Shown here: positions 56,301 through 64,000 of the stretch, piece after piece
Numbering within the stretch: position 1 is the stretch's first letter
Layout: each line of letters starts with the position of its first letter
Assembly (NCBI GenBank): GCA_000146045.2
Contig: BK006944.2
Location: 448,001-512,000 of the forward strand
Origin: TPA_inf: Saccharomyces
Lineage: Eukaryota
Direction of reading: 5' to 3'
Length of the DNA: 64,000 nt
The notes under the pieces: model-generated
The model's database searches: none
Told to the model about the DNA's origin: nothing
The model's input: the letters and a program-made list of their open reading frames with translations, nothing else
Program-made: the position numbers and the translations under genes

Positions 56301-58395
56301 CGCTTAACGACCAAAAATAATCACGCCCATCTACCAAAAATTTGCAAAACGAATTTGTTCTTACAGGTGCGAAACTACCAAATCTATTTGGTTTCGACCA
56401 AGGTGTTGAGGTAGACATTTTGATAATTGAACTCATCCATTGCTTTAACGAACTCTCTGATTTGCAAATAATTTTCAGTTTCCTTTCACTGTTTTCTAGG
56501 GTCAATAATAATAGTTTTGAAGATATATTGGACTTCTTTTGGTGTGTTTTCGATTTTCCATTCTTGTCTAGGATATTATTGGCATCATTTTCAATACCGA
56601 ACTCTTCTAGTTCGTCATTTATTTCTAAATTGGGATCATGAATGATCCAGTTGATCTCGTTTTCGTTATCAAGTATGTTATTCTTGTTCCCAGAAAATCT
56701 AACCTTAAATTTCCAATCTATTAAGAATACGTCTAAAGGAGTTGTCGAAGAAAGATCCGACACGTAAGTTAGGTAAGAATTTCTTACCAGGAACCATTTG
56801 GTAGTATGTCTGTCGATCATGTCTTTAAACGCATGTTTACCAAAATGAGAAACTCTCCAACCTTGGGCCTTGGCAGTAGATCTAATTACTAAATACCCCT
56901 GTTTGCCCTGGAACCCACTTTCACGACTTAATAAATTGCCTAAGGGAGATAATTCGTAAAATTCAAACAATCTATTTGCATGAGGTCTCAAACATAATGC
57001 AATGTTCAGTAGTCTCAAATACCTTTCTAGCCTCAAATGTATCGGTTGGGAGAAATCGTCAGGTTCGTCAATTAAGTCTTGTAAATGTTTCATTTTGACG
57101 TTATCTATATTAAACTCAGATATTTCAGAAGATGATAAAGTTTCTAACGATGTAATGTTGCTGCCATTATCGTTATTGTTATTTTCCGATGTATGAGGAG
57201 CTGAGGCTGCAGAGGATGGTTTATTTTCTGCTTTTTTCTCCATTACATTTCTTTCTTTAACCATTTCTTTATAATGGGGGAAATGCGGAAGTTGTAACGA
57301 ATGATATCTGTTGTTATCACTATAAAGCTTGCTTATAGTGAGTTGTTGGAACGCGACGATTTTCAATTTGTGATGTAGTGATTTGATATCTTTATAACTT
57401 CTTATAATAGACCATTTGAGCCTGTCTTCATCAATCCCATATTCCAAGTGTATTCTAAATAAAGAGTTTTCGTTCCTGCTATACATAAATTCCGCCACAT
57501 TCGAAGAAATGCTTATAATGCTGGAGCTCCTTGGAATAGAGGGTCTCCTATCAGAATTCTCGCCAGTATTGTTGTTGTTGTTACCACGATGGTTATGGTT
57601 GCTATTGGTAATATCCAAAATGTTGTTGTCATTTTTCAAGGGAGACACTCTTACATCTAGTTTAGCTAATAGCAGAGGAGCCCTTCTCTTCCCATGTTCG
57701 TCTCTCAGAAATTGCGTGCTTGCGAACAATGAGGCCGGGCATCCTGCCAATAACGAATCTAATAAATCAGAGGCTAGTCTTTGTGTGTACAAATCTTCTT
57801 CGTTTACTTGTTGATGCTGGTGCTGGTTATGACGATGGCCGCTTCCAGCCGGTGTAGGAGAATTTACGCTGGATTTCAGTCTACCAATAGCAGAGATTTT
57901 CTTAAAAGCGTGGCCAAACTCTTTCTTCCAGCCATTGAACTGCTGTTGGGTGTAAGCTACAGAAGAAGAACGCCTTTGAGGGGCTCTTTCTTCCTCTCTT
58001 TTAGAATTCCGCTTAGAATGAACATTATTGTTACTGCTATGGAGATTGTTGTAGAGCCGGTGCATATTTTCCTCATCAGAACCTCGACGAGGATCATGTT
58101 CATTAGAGTGCATAATATGGTCTAATGAGTGGTTCGGTGACACATCACTCAGGTTTCTATCTACAAAGGATTTGGGCAATGCATGCTTCCTCTCCGCCTC
58201 CTTGCCGTTGGGAGTTCTTCGTTTTTCTCTTTGTAAACTGCTAGTCAGATTGCCATTCTCAGGTAATTGCCGCAATACTTCTTGGTTTTCTAACTCATCT
58301 GGTCTCGAATTTACTCTATCTACTTCTTCAGTCACCGATCTATCTGCCTGAGGTGGAGCGAAGTGAGTTCCAGACGCTGTTGACACGTTAGACAT
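53344..58395 (-). CDS. SPO14: Phospholipase D, 1683 aa, with PX and PH regions and two HKD catalytic motifs. The ORF has one extra Met codon at 58398.
   Basis: Two HxKxxxxD motifs: HHEKFVVIDETFAFIGGTDL and HAKILIADDRRCIIGSANINERS. 1684-aa ORF. Confidence 0.9.
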   Translation of the reverse strand: MSNVSTASGTHFAPPQADRSVTEEVDRVNSRPDELENQEVLRQLPENGNLTSSLQREKRRTPNGKEAERKHALPKSFVDRNLSDVSPNHSLDHIMHSNEHDPRRGSDEENMHRLYNNLHSSNNNVHSKRNSKREEERAPQRRSSSVAYTQQQFNGWKKEFGHAFKKISAIGRLKSSVNSPTPAGSGHRHNQHQHQQVNEEDLYTQRLASDLLDSLLAGCPASLFASTQFLRDEHGKRRAPLLLAKLDVRVSPLKNDNNILDITNSNHNHRGNNNNNTGENSDRRPSIPRSSSIISISSNVAEFMYSRNENSLFRIHLEYGIDEDRLKWSIIRSYKDIKSLHHKLKIVAFQQLTISKLYSDNNRYHSLQLPHFPHYKEMVKERNVMEKKAENKPSSAASAPHTSENNNNDNGSNITSLETLSSSEISEFNIDNVKMKHLQDLIDEPDDFSQPIHLRLERYLRLLNIALCLRPHANRLFEFYELSPLGNLLSRESGFQGKQGYLVIRSTAKAQGWRVSHFGKHAFKDMIDRHTTKWFLVRNSYLTYVSDLSSTTPLDVFLIDWKFKVRFSGNKNNILDNENEINWIIHDPNLEINDELEEFGIENDANNILDKNGKSKTHQKKSNISSKLLLLTLENSERKLKIICKSESSLKQWMSSIIKMSTSTPWSKPNRFGSFAPVRTNSFCKFLVDGRDYFWSLSEALLMAKDVIYIHDWWLSPELYLRRPVKGNQGFRIDRMLKSCAEKGIKIFIVIYRNVGNIVGTDSLWTKHSMLNLHPNIHIIRSPNQWLQNTYFWAHHEKFVVIDETFAFIGGTDLCYGRYDTFEHVLRDDAESLLDQNFPGKDYSNARIADFHDLDKPFESMYDRKVIPRMPWHDVQMMTLGEPARDLARHFVQRWNYLLRAKRPSRLTPLLTPPSDLTAEELKSLPMFEILREKSTCETQILRSAGNWSLGLKETECSIQNAYLKLIEQSEHFIYIENQFFITSTVWNGTCVLNKIGDALVDRIVKANQEKKPWKAFILIPLMPGFDSPVDTAEASSLRLIMQFQYQSISRGEHSTFSKLKKLNIDPAQYIQFFSLRKWSTFAPNERLITEQLYVHAKILIADDRRCIIGSANINERSQLGNRDSEVAILIRDTDLIKTKMNGDDYYAGKFPWELRQRLMREHLGCDVDLVEFVEKKFERFEKFAAKNYEKLHTLSKEGDSGNNWSDREMIDSAMIELGYREIFGCKFSPQWKSGHGNSVDDGSTQCGINEKEVGREDENVYEKFFNSVDYGKSSRKRTPLPKHNFASLGLTFNHRAGIENVGIRDHKVLSTDPRLRKNDEHKKEVDGYGPDCWKKESNKKFKADATEQLKEWALNSLASKVLDDKEMIKSEIPEGFSNYLPNEKDLEMYLTDKTVTNRNKWSMLKRICYLQYLSHKLDERKTQRLKKIKDMRRHLSSSTESTRNGSNSLPLNEKSNEGESTNVDQDIEGDEYHRLHEDILKNQELDDGSLDDLLSQIIPKITNFNSGEIDDAKKEELLKLNFIDPYSFEDPLISSFSEGLWFTIALRNTLLYKLVFHCQPDNAVQNWKEYGEFTELEQEFQINQEKLIDLEAENINSTTTNVVDKDREKEKMRKAAELRMKLSGSLLYGFNQKVFDKHTAQRILERIHGHLVIFPTEWLAKEVESRNWIFNSDRLSPMEIYN

Positions 58396-58591
58396 CACCC
58401 TTGTTTATCTATCCTACCTTTTCTTCTTGCGTACGTGCCTCTCAATGCGTCGTGTGAATTATCAGTGACCGGTCGTGCCTATAATGTCCTGCTAATTTCC
58501 CACTAAATCTTTCCCCATGGCGTATTCATCGTTATGTTTGTGTCTTTTGTTCAACCCAAAGGGCTGTAGCAATCTTCACCCGTTTGTCGTT

Positions 58592-58676
58592 GATAACGAG
58601 TTTCCACCTTATCACTTATCACTAGTGCTAATCAAACAGCAAAGAATGCTTGATAGAAACCGATCCTGGGCTTATC
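58592..58676. promoter_or_regulatory. Cluster of five GATA core motifs (GATAA, TTATC x3, GATAG), a UAS-NTR element, 220-300 bp upstream of DAL80
   Basis: gttGATAAcgag...ccTTATCacTTATCac...ctTGATAGaa...gcTTATCtcg, read directly. Confidence 0.7.
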
Positions 58677-58897
58677 TCGCTGCATTGTGGCGGCATCCCT
58701 GGACTGTAATCAGCAAGTGTTGCTTAGTATATATATACATCCAGCGTCAGCTTGAATTTGGATACAGTTACTGTTTTTTCGATTTTCTCTTGGTTATTCT
58801 TTCTGAGACAGTAGTAATTTTGTATTACTGAGCGGGATATTGTTTATCTGCCGTCATACTATATTACATTATATTATATCATATTATATATAAGAGA

Positions 58898-59707
58898 ATG
58901 GTGCTTAGTGATTCGTTGAAGCTGCCCTCGCCTACACTTTCAGCTGCTGCTGGAGTGGATGATTGTGACGGAGAGGACCACCCCACGTGCCAGAATTGTT
59001 TCACTGTCAAAACGCCCCTATGGAGAAGAGATGAACACGGTACTGTTCTCTGTAATGCATGTGGCCTCTTCCTGAAGTTGCACGGGGAACCAAGGCCTAT
59101 CAGCTTGAAGACGGACACCATTAAGTCAAGAAATAGGAAAAAGCTGAATAACAACAATGTGAACACTAATGCCAATACCCATTCTAACGACCCAAATAAA
59201 ATATTCAAGAGAAAGAAGAGACTGCTTACAACTGGTGGTGGTTCATTACCTACGAATAATCCGAAGGTTTCTATTCTGGAAAAGTTTATGGTGAGCGGGT
59301 CCATTAAGCCACTGTTAAAACCAAAGGAAACCGTTCCCAACACAAAGGAGTGCTCCACGCAGCGGGGAAAATTTTCTTTGGACCCCTGCGAACCTAGTGG
59401 GAAAAACTACCTCTATCAGATCAACGGTTCAGATATATACACGTCAAATATAGAGCTGACAAGGCTGCCTAATTTGTCAACATTATTAGAACCCTCACCT
59501 TTTTCAGATTCCGCTGTACCAGAAATAGAACTAACTTGGAAGCTACATAATGAGGAGGAGGTAATCAAATTGAAGACCAAGATAAGCGAATTGGAGTTGG
59601 TGACAGACCTATACAAAAAGCACATATTCCAACTGAACGAAAAATGCAAGCAACTGGAAGTGGAACTACACTCCAGAGCTTCAGTACAATCTCACCCACA
59701 ACATTAA
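58898..59707 (+). CDS. DAL80: GATA-family zinc-finger repressor of nitrogen catabolite genes, 269 aa, with C-terminal leucine zipper
   Basis: GATA zinc finger [34 protein letters not shown]-terminal heptad Leu repeats. Confidence 0.9.
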   Translation: MVLSDSLKLPSPTLSAAAGVDDCDGEDHPTCQNCFTVKTPLWRRDEHGTVLCNACGLFLKLHGEPRPISLKTDTIKSRNRKKLNNNNVNTNANTHSNDPNKIFKRKKRLLTTGGGSLPTNNPKVSILEKFMVSGSIKPLLKPKETVPNTKECSTQRGKFSLDPCEPSGKNYLYQINGSDIYTSNIELTRLPNLSTLLEPSPFSDSAVPEIELTWKLHNEEEVIKLKTKISELELVTDLYKKHIFQLNEKCKQLEVELHSRASVQSHPQH

Positions 59708-59938
59708 GAAAGGATGTAGCGTTCATGACAGTATAAATATAACAGGATATAGTATATAAAATTTAATATGATTTAGTGACACTTATTTTTACGCGAACGG
59801 GTAACACACTGCCATTTATCTGGTGCTGGAAAATTGCCCCTAAAGAAATGATAAGAATGAAAACGAATCAATGTGAAAGCAGTTTGATGAGATGTGAGCT
59901 ACTTTGAAAGTATAGGAAGTCAGACATCGCACTGAGAA

Positions 59939-60553
59939 ATGTCACGTAATTCTGCAGCAGGTTTGGAAAACACTCTTTTCCAACTAAAGTTTACATCAAA
60001 ACAATTACAAAAGCAAGCCAATAAAGCCTCAAAGGAAGAAAAACAGGAAACTAATAAGCTCAAACGTGCTCTTAATGAAAATGAAGATATATCTCGTATA
60101 TATGCATCCAATGCTATAAGAAAGAAAAATGAAAGATTACAACTGTTGAAGTTGGCATCACGGGTGGATTCGGTCGCATCAAGGGTACAAACCGCCGTCA
60201 CGATGAGGCAGGTGTCAGCATCAATGGGGCAAGTTTGCAAAGGCATGGATAAGGCGTTACAGAATATGAACCTCCAACAGATAACCATGATAATGGACAA
60301 GTTCGAACAGCAATTCGAAGATTTGGACACCAGTGTTAACGTATATGAAGATATGGGTGTGAATTCGGATGCCATGCTGGTGGACAACGATAAGGTGGAT
60401 GAACTAATGAGCAAAGTTGCTGACGAAAATGGCATGGAATTGAAGCAAAGTGCAAAACTGGACAATGTTCCGGAGATAAAGGCGAAAGAGGTTAATGTTG
60501 ACGACGAAAAGGAAGACAAACTTGCACAAAGACTAAGAGCATTGAGGGGCTGA
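59939..60553 (+). CDS. DID2: ESCRT-III-related protein (CHMP1 family), 204 aa
   Basis: 204-aa Snf7-family coiled-coil protein with a charged MIM-like C-terminus (...DKLAQRLRALRG). Confidence 0.88.
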   Translation: MSRNSAAGLENTLFQLKFTSKQLQKQANKASKEEKQETNKLKRALNENEDISRIYASNAIRKKNERLQLLKLASRVDSVASRVQTAVTMRQVSASMGQVCKGMDKALQNMNLQQITMIMDKFEQQFEDLDTSVNVYEDMGVNSDAMLVDNDKVDELMSKVADENGMELKQSAKLDNVPEIKAKEVNVDDEKEDKLAQRLRALRG

Positions 60554-60701
60554 AAAAACATGCTAACAGGTCATGCATTTTTAGTTCATCATTACGTTTC
60601 CAGCTATGTTATGTATGTATGACCACATATGCTGTACATAAATTGTATACTAAAATCAATAAAAAAAGTATAACTCTTTTTATATATAATCTTTTTCCTT
60701 C

Positions 60702-62633
60702 CTAAAGTGTCCATACATTGATGTCTCCATCGTTGTGCCCATTGATCAGAAATCCGTCTTTATACTTGACAATAGCAATTCTTCTGCTCAGCTCATCCCC
60801 ATCTAGTGAATGCGGTGGTTCAGGAGTCATCCAATGCTCATCGCGCTCCATGTTAAAGACATTAACCCCTCCCTCGTTTGCGCCAACAGTGATTAATTTA
60901 CCATCGAAATCTAAGGACGATACTGGTAAATCGTAAGCAATCACGTCAAGAATTGAGCTTGTCCTCAAATCCCAAATCCTTACGCTATTGTCCATCGAGC
61001 CTGTTACCAATTTTTCGGAATCAAACTTCAAACTTGTAATTCCATCGGTATGGCCTTCTAGTAATCTCACCGGTTTGCCAACTCTTAGATCCCATAGTCG
61101 CACAATGCCATCTTTTGTTCCTGTTGCTAATGCAGAGTTGTAACATTGGAGGGCTCCTATCATTGGTGCTTCTGTGCCAAGTAAACATGCACCATTGTTT
61201 AATGAACGTGCAGGCATTTTAATGTCGCTATGTGTAGGTGTGAAGATAAGGTCAAGTTGCTGAATACATTTGCCCGTCGTTAAATCCCAGTGGAATATTT
61301 TTTTGTCCCTAGATCCGCTAACCAAAGCTTCAGAATCAAAAGACAGGGCTGTGATTTCGTCTTTATGTAACTCAAAATTATGGATACATGGTGTAACAAT
61401 TTCTTCTGTCTTCTCCTTCAATGGACTATGGTCCAAATATATTTCTCTACTCAGATTTAAGTCCCATAACTTCAGAGTGGCATCCTTACTTCCAGTAATC
61501 AACATATTGTAATTTTTCTTATCTATTTGCATGCAATTAACAGTAGCAAGGTGACCAGGCAGCTCTCCAACTTGTATCCCATGGTTCAAATCCCACACTT
61601 TTACTATACGATCTTGGTAGCTTGATGAGCACAAGGTTCCCCATGGTGTATCAAAGTCTAATGCGGTTATGCTGTTTCCATGTTCGCCATGGGGTATTGT
61701 CATTCTGAAAGCCGTGGTATTTCGGCTATATGTTTCTGAGATAATTTGCCTGTTTTTATCGTGGCTTTTTTCATGGGGCATCTTGTAAAAATCTTTTAAT
61801 CTCGTATCCTTACTTTCAACATCACATAACGACGATATGGCTTCTTCATTTTGCGTGAAGGACGACGCTTCAGATGATCTTTCTTCTTCCATTTGCTTCC
61901 GTAAGCTCTGTTCACGATCAGCTTCCAAATTGTATTCCTCGATAAAATTTATTCTATCCTTTATCAGTGTTACATCATTCTCAAGATTGGTAGACTTACT
62001 ATCAATGTGCTTAACCCTTTCCAGGATTTTTAATTTCCTGGATTCTAGTTCGTTGATCATGGAATCTAATCTGGTCAACTCATCCATCTCTAACGTTTTA
62101 TTGATTGACAGATTTTCCACGTTAGTTTCTACATCCTCAAGTAAATGTGTTAGGTCAATTCTAGAGTACGTTTTATTCACAAAACCAGTATTAATATCCG
62201 GCAATTGAACGTATTTTTCCTTATCACTATTCGTGGCCCCGTCTACATTGTCTAACAACAGTCTCTGTTGAATGATGGAAACGGTAGCTTTGAATCCTTC
62301 AAATAAAGAAGGTAAATTCTTTTCAGCGGCACCGTTGGGTAGCGGGTATCGCTGCTCATCTAAATGAGCAAGTATTCTGAAAGTTGTTGCAGAGTCTGCA
62401 TAATTGTTTTGAAAGGAAAATATCCCTACTTGTCCTTTCTGGGTATCTTTTGTACTTTCGGGCCAAGCCACCTCTCTGAACAGTAGAAGTTTGGAAAGAT
62501 ATCTGTAGATGGGGCTCGTTATATATTTTTGAAATTGTTGTTGCGCTAGTATGGCATGTGGTAGCTTATTAAGTATAATTTCGATTGGTTTAGCTACCAG
62601 AGAGCTTTCTCCTCTAGTATCGCCCGAACCCAT
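60702..62633 (-). CDS. CAF4: WD40-repeat mitochondrial fission adaptor (Mdv1 paralog), 643 aa. The ORF is open 16 codons further upstream to 62681.
   Basis: N-terminal extension region, coiled coil, and C-terminal WD40 repeats (...WDL..., multiple GH/WD dipeptides). I recall the protein as 643 aa, so the start is uncertain. Confidence 0.7.
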   Translation of the reverse strand: MGSGDTRGESSLVAKPIEIILNKLPHAILAQQQFQKYITSPIYRYLSKLLLFREVAWPESTKDTQKGQVGIFSFQNNYADSATTFRILAHLDEQRYPLPNGAAEKNLPSLFEGFKATVSIIQQRLLLDNVDGATNSDKEKYVQLPDINTGFVNKTYSRIDLTHLLEDVETNVENLSINKTLEMDELTRLDSMINELESRKLKILERVKHIDSKSTNLENDVTLIKDRINFIEEYNLEADREQSLRKQMEEERSSEASSFTQNEEAISSLCDVESKDTRLKDFYKMPHEKSHDKNRQIISETYSRNTTAFRMTIPHGEHGNSITALDFDTPWGTLCSSSYQDRIVKVWDLNHGIQVGELPGHLATVNCMQIDKKNYNMLITGSKDATLKLWDLNLSREIYLDHSPLKEKTEEIVTPCIHNFELHKDEITALSFDSEALVSGSRDKKIFHWDLTTGKCIQQLDLIFTPTHSDIKMPARSLNNGACLLGTEAPMIGALQCYNSALATGTKDGIVRLWDLRVGKPVRLLEGHTDGITSLKFDSEKLVTGSMDNSVRIWDLRTSSILDVIAYDLPVSSLDFDGKLITVGANEGGVNVFNMERDEHWMTPEPPHSLDGDELSRRIAIVKYKDGFLINGHNDGDINVWTL

Positions 62634-62909
62634 ATAGAGATACTCTTTTTTACTCTCGCTCGTGGTAATCTTATATGTCATTCATGGTTAGTTTTTTTTT
62701 TATGACTATTTTTTTTTTCCATTACGATGAGGAAAGTTTATGTGAGAAACATGAAGCTACATGCTTTAACAGGAGACAGACCCATGGTGGATCCGCTCAG
62801 TTGGTTTTATACATTTAGATGTAAGGTAATACATAATTATATGATTTGCAGTGGCCTATGTATGCAATTAGGACAAAGGAAATATCTATTCTTGAGGAGA
62901 AGTGCTCCC

Positions 62910-63797
62910 CTACTCTTGCAAGTTGGCTATCTCCATTTCTAGCCGCCTAATTTCATCTTTTTCTTTTCGAATAATCTTAGCAACGTCGTGAGAAGAAGAA
63001 GGATGGTACTGTGACATAGTCTTTAAGCGATCATCTTGAAGCAAAACTTCTTTCTTGATGAAGCGCAATTTGGAAGAAAGTTGTTCATAATTATGGTACA
63101 ATTGGTCGTAATCCTGCTTGAACTCTGTTAGTGGCCATAAATCTGTTACTTCGGCCATAACTTTAAGAATTAAATCAGTAGGGAAATCCTCGACAAAGAT
63201 GGTTTTTCTTCTTTGGTTATTGGATTCTTCTTCCATGAGCACGCTTCCATTTTCCAAGGCATATAGGAGCCTTTGAATTTGCGGATCATCCTTGAACACG
63301 GCTGATAATGCTTTGAATGTACCTGAACTTGAATTTGAAATGACAGAGGATCCTATAAGATCGGTATCAAAAATAAAACCGTTCAAGCCACCGCCACTTG
63401 TAGTGGCGGTTCTTCTCCTTTTATTGTTCAAATCAAGACGATCTTTGTTCAAATATACTTCCTTGGGCACATGGATGATCGGTTTTTCCCCTGGTCTGCC
63501 CAGCCTTCTATTTCTTTTCATGTCCGTATCTCGTTTAATAACATAGTCGAATACTCCCTCCTTGCCGTCTCTACGTGAAACGGATTGTTTCTCAGGGTTG
63601 ACTTTGAACAGAAGATACGCCTCGTCGTGGTTACAGTCCTTTATTAGTCTAGTAATGTCTTTTCTAATGCTTGCCTTGTTGCTTGCTCCCTGTAGGATGG
63701 CATTATGAAAAATTCCTGGTGGCTTGAAATAGAGTGTGGACATAGAGTCCACCGCCCTATTAATATCATCTATACATCTATCCAAGCTTTCCCCCAT
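62910..63797 (-). CDS. SPC34: DASH/Dam1 kinetochore complex subunit, 295 aa
   Basis: 295-aa ORF of the expected position and length. Confidence 0.85.
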   Translation of the reverse strand: MGESLDRCIDDINRAVDSMSTLYFKPPGIFHNAILQGASNKASIRKDITRLIKDCNHDEAYLLFKVNPEKQSVSRRDGKEGVFDYVIKRDTDMKRNRRLGRPGEKPIIHVPKEVYLNKDRLDLNNKRRRTATTSGGGLNGFIFDTDLIGSSVISNSSSGTFKALSAVFKDDPQIQRLLYALENGSVLMEEESNNQRRKTIFVEDFPTDLILKVMAEVTDLWPLTEFKQDYDQLYHNYEQLSSKLRFIKKEVLLQDDRLKTMSQYHPSSSHDVAKIIRKEKDEIRRLEMEIANLQE

Positions 63798-64000
63798 TCT
63801 GTAATTGCCACGTCTTATTTTGTTAGGTGATGATCTAATTTTTTTGAGCTTTGTTTATTGATTATTTTCAAATGTCTCTTGCTTATTTTCGCGCTTCCAC
63901 AAGGTTATACACTGAGCTGTAAATGTAAGGTGTATGGCATATATAAATATATATATATATTCGTAGTGTGAACATTAGGCTAACTGTAACAAAAATCGTT

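Noticed and set aside
58517-58831. 104-aa ORF in the SPO14/DAL80 intergenic region (corresponds to dubious YKR032W)
   Set aside because: It overlaps the GATA/TATA promoter region. Hydrophobic, low-complexity translation with no supporting signals.
58879-59358. 159-aa ORF antisense to DAL80 (corresponds to dubious YKR033C)
   Set aside because: It completely overlaps a well-supported GATA-factor gene. Low-complexity translation with no motifs.
59920-60561. 213-aa ORF antisense to DID2 (corresponds to dubious YKR035C)
   Set aside because: Ser/Leu/Phe-rich low-complexity translation, typical of the antisense strand of a Lys/Glu-rich coiled-coil gene.
1-64000. Prokaryotic-type features (CRISPR arrays, operons, defence islands)
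   Set aside because: The sequence is eukaryotic: spliceosomal and tRNA introns, Pol III A/B boxes, Ty LTRs, monocistronic genes with divergent promoters. No direct-repeat/spacer arrays are present.

Overview
The window reads as Saccharomyces cerevisiae nuclear DNA from the right arm of chromosome XI, covering YKR005C through SPC34 (YKR037C). I identified this from remembered gene order and protein lengths, not from a search. About 30 protein-coding genes lie on both strands. Left to right they are YKR005C (spliced), MRPL13, MEH1, RSC4, FOX2, TOF2, YKR011C, PRY2, YPT52, YKR015C, MIC60, HEL1, YKR018C, IRS4, VPS51, ALY1, NTR2, YKR023W/RQT4, DBP7, RPC37, GCN3, BCH2, SAP190, SET3, GMH1, SPO14, DAL80, DID2, CAF4 and SPC34. 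There are two Pol III genes: an intron-containing tRNA-Leu(CAA) and tRNA-Arg(ACG). Each tRNA has Ty-LTR debris upstream. Upstream of tRNA-Leu the structure is a solo delta on the minus strand inserted into an older plus-strand delta, flanked by a 5-bp target-site duplication (CATAT). I found no prokaryote-style systems, CRISPR arrays or evidence of a foreign insertion. The items I found most interesting are these. (1) A two-exon model for YKR005C with a very short intron, giving a signal-peptide exon. (2) An atypically GC-rich, CpG-rich island with paired inverted CGCGAAA (SCB/MCB-like) motifs in the YKR011C/PRY2 divergent promoter. (3) The nested-LTR insertion hotspot. (4) Regulatory motif clusters: an ORE pair upstream of FOX2, a GATA cluster upstream of DAL80, and a Puf3 element in the MRPL13 3'UTR. 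(5) An in-frame 18-bp minisatellite inside PRY2.
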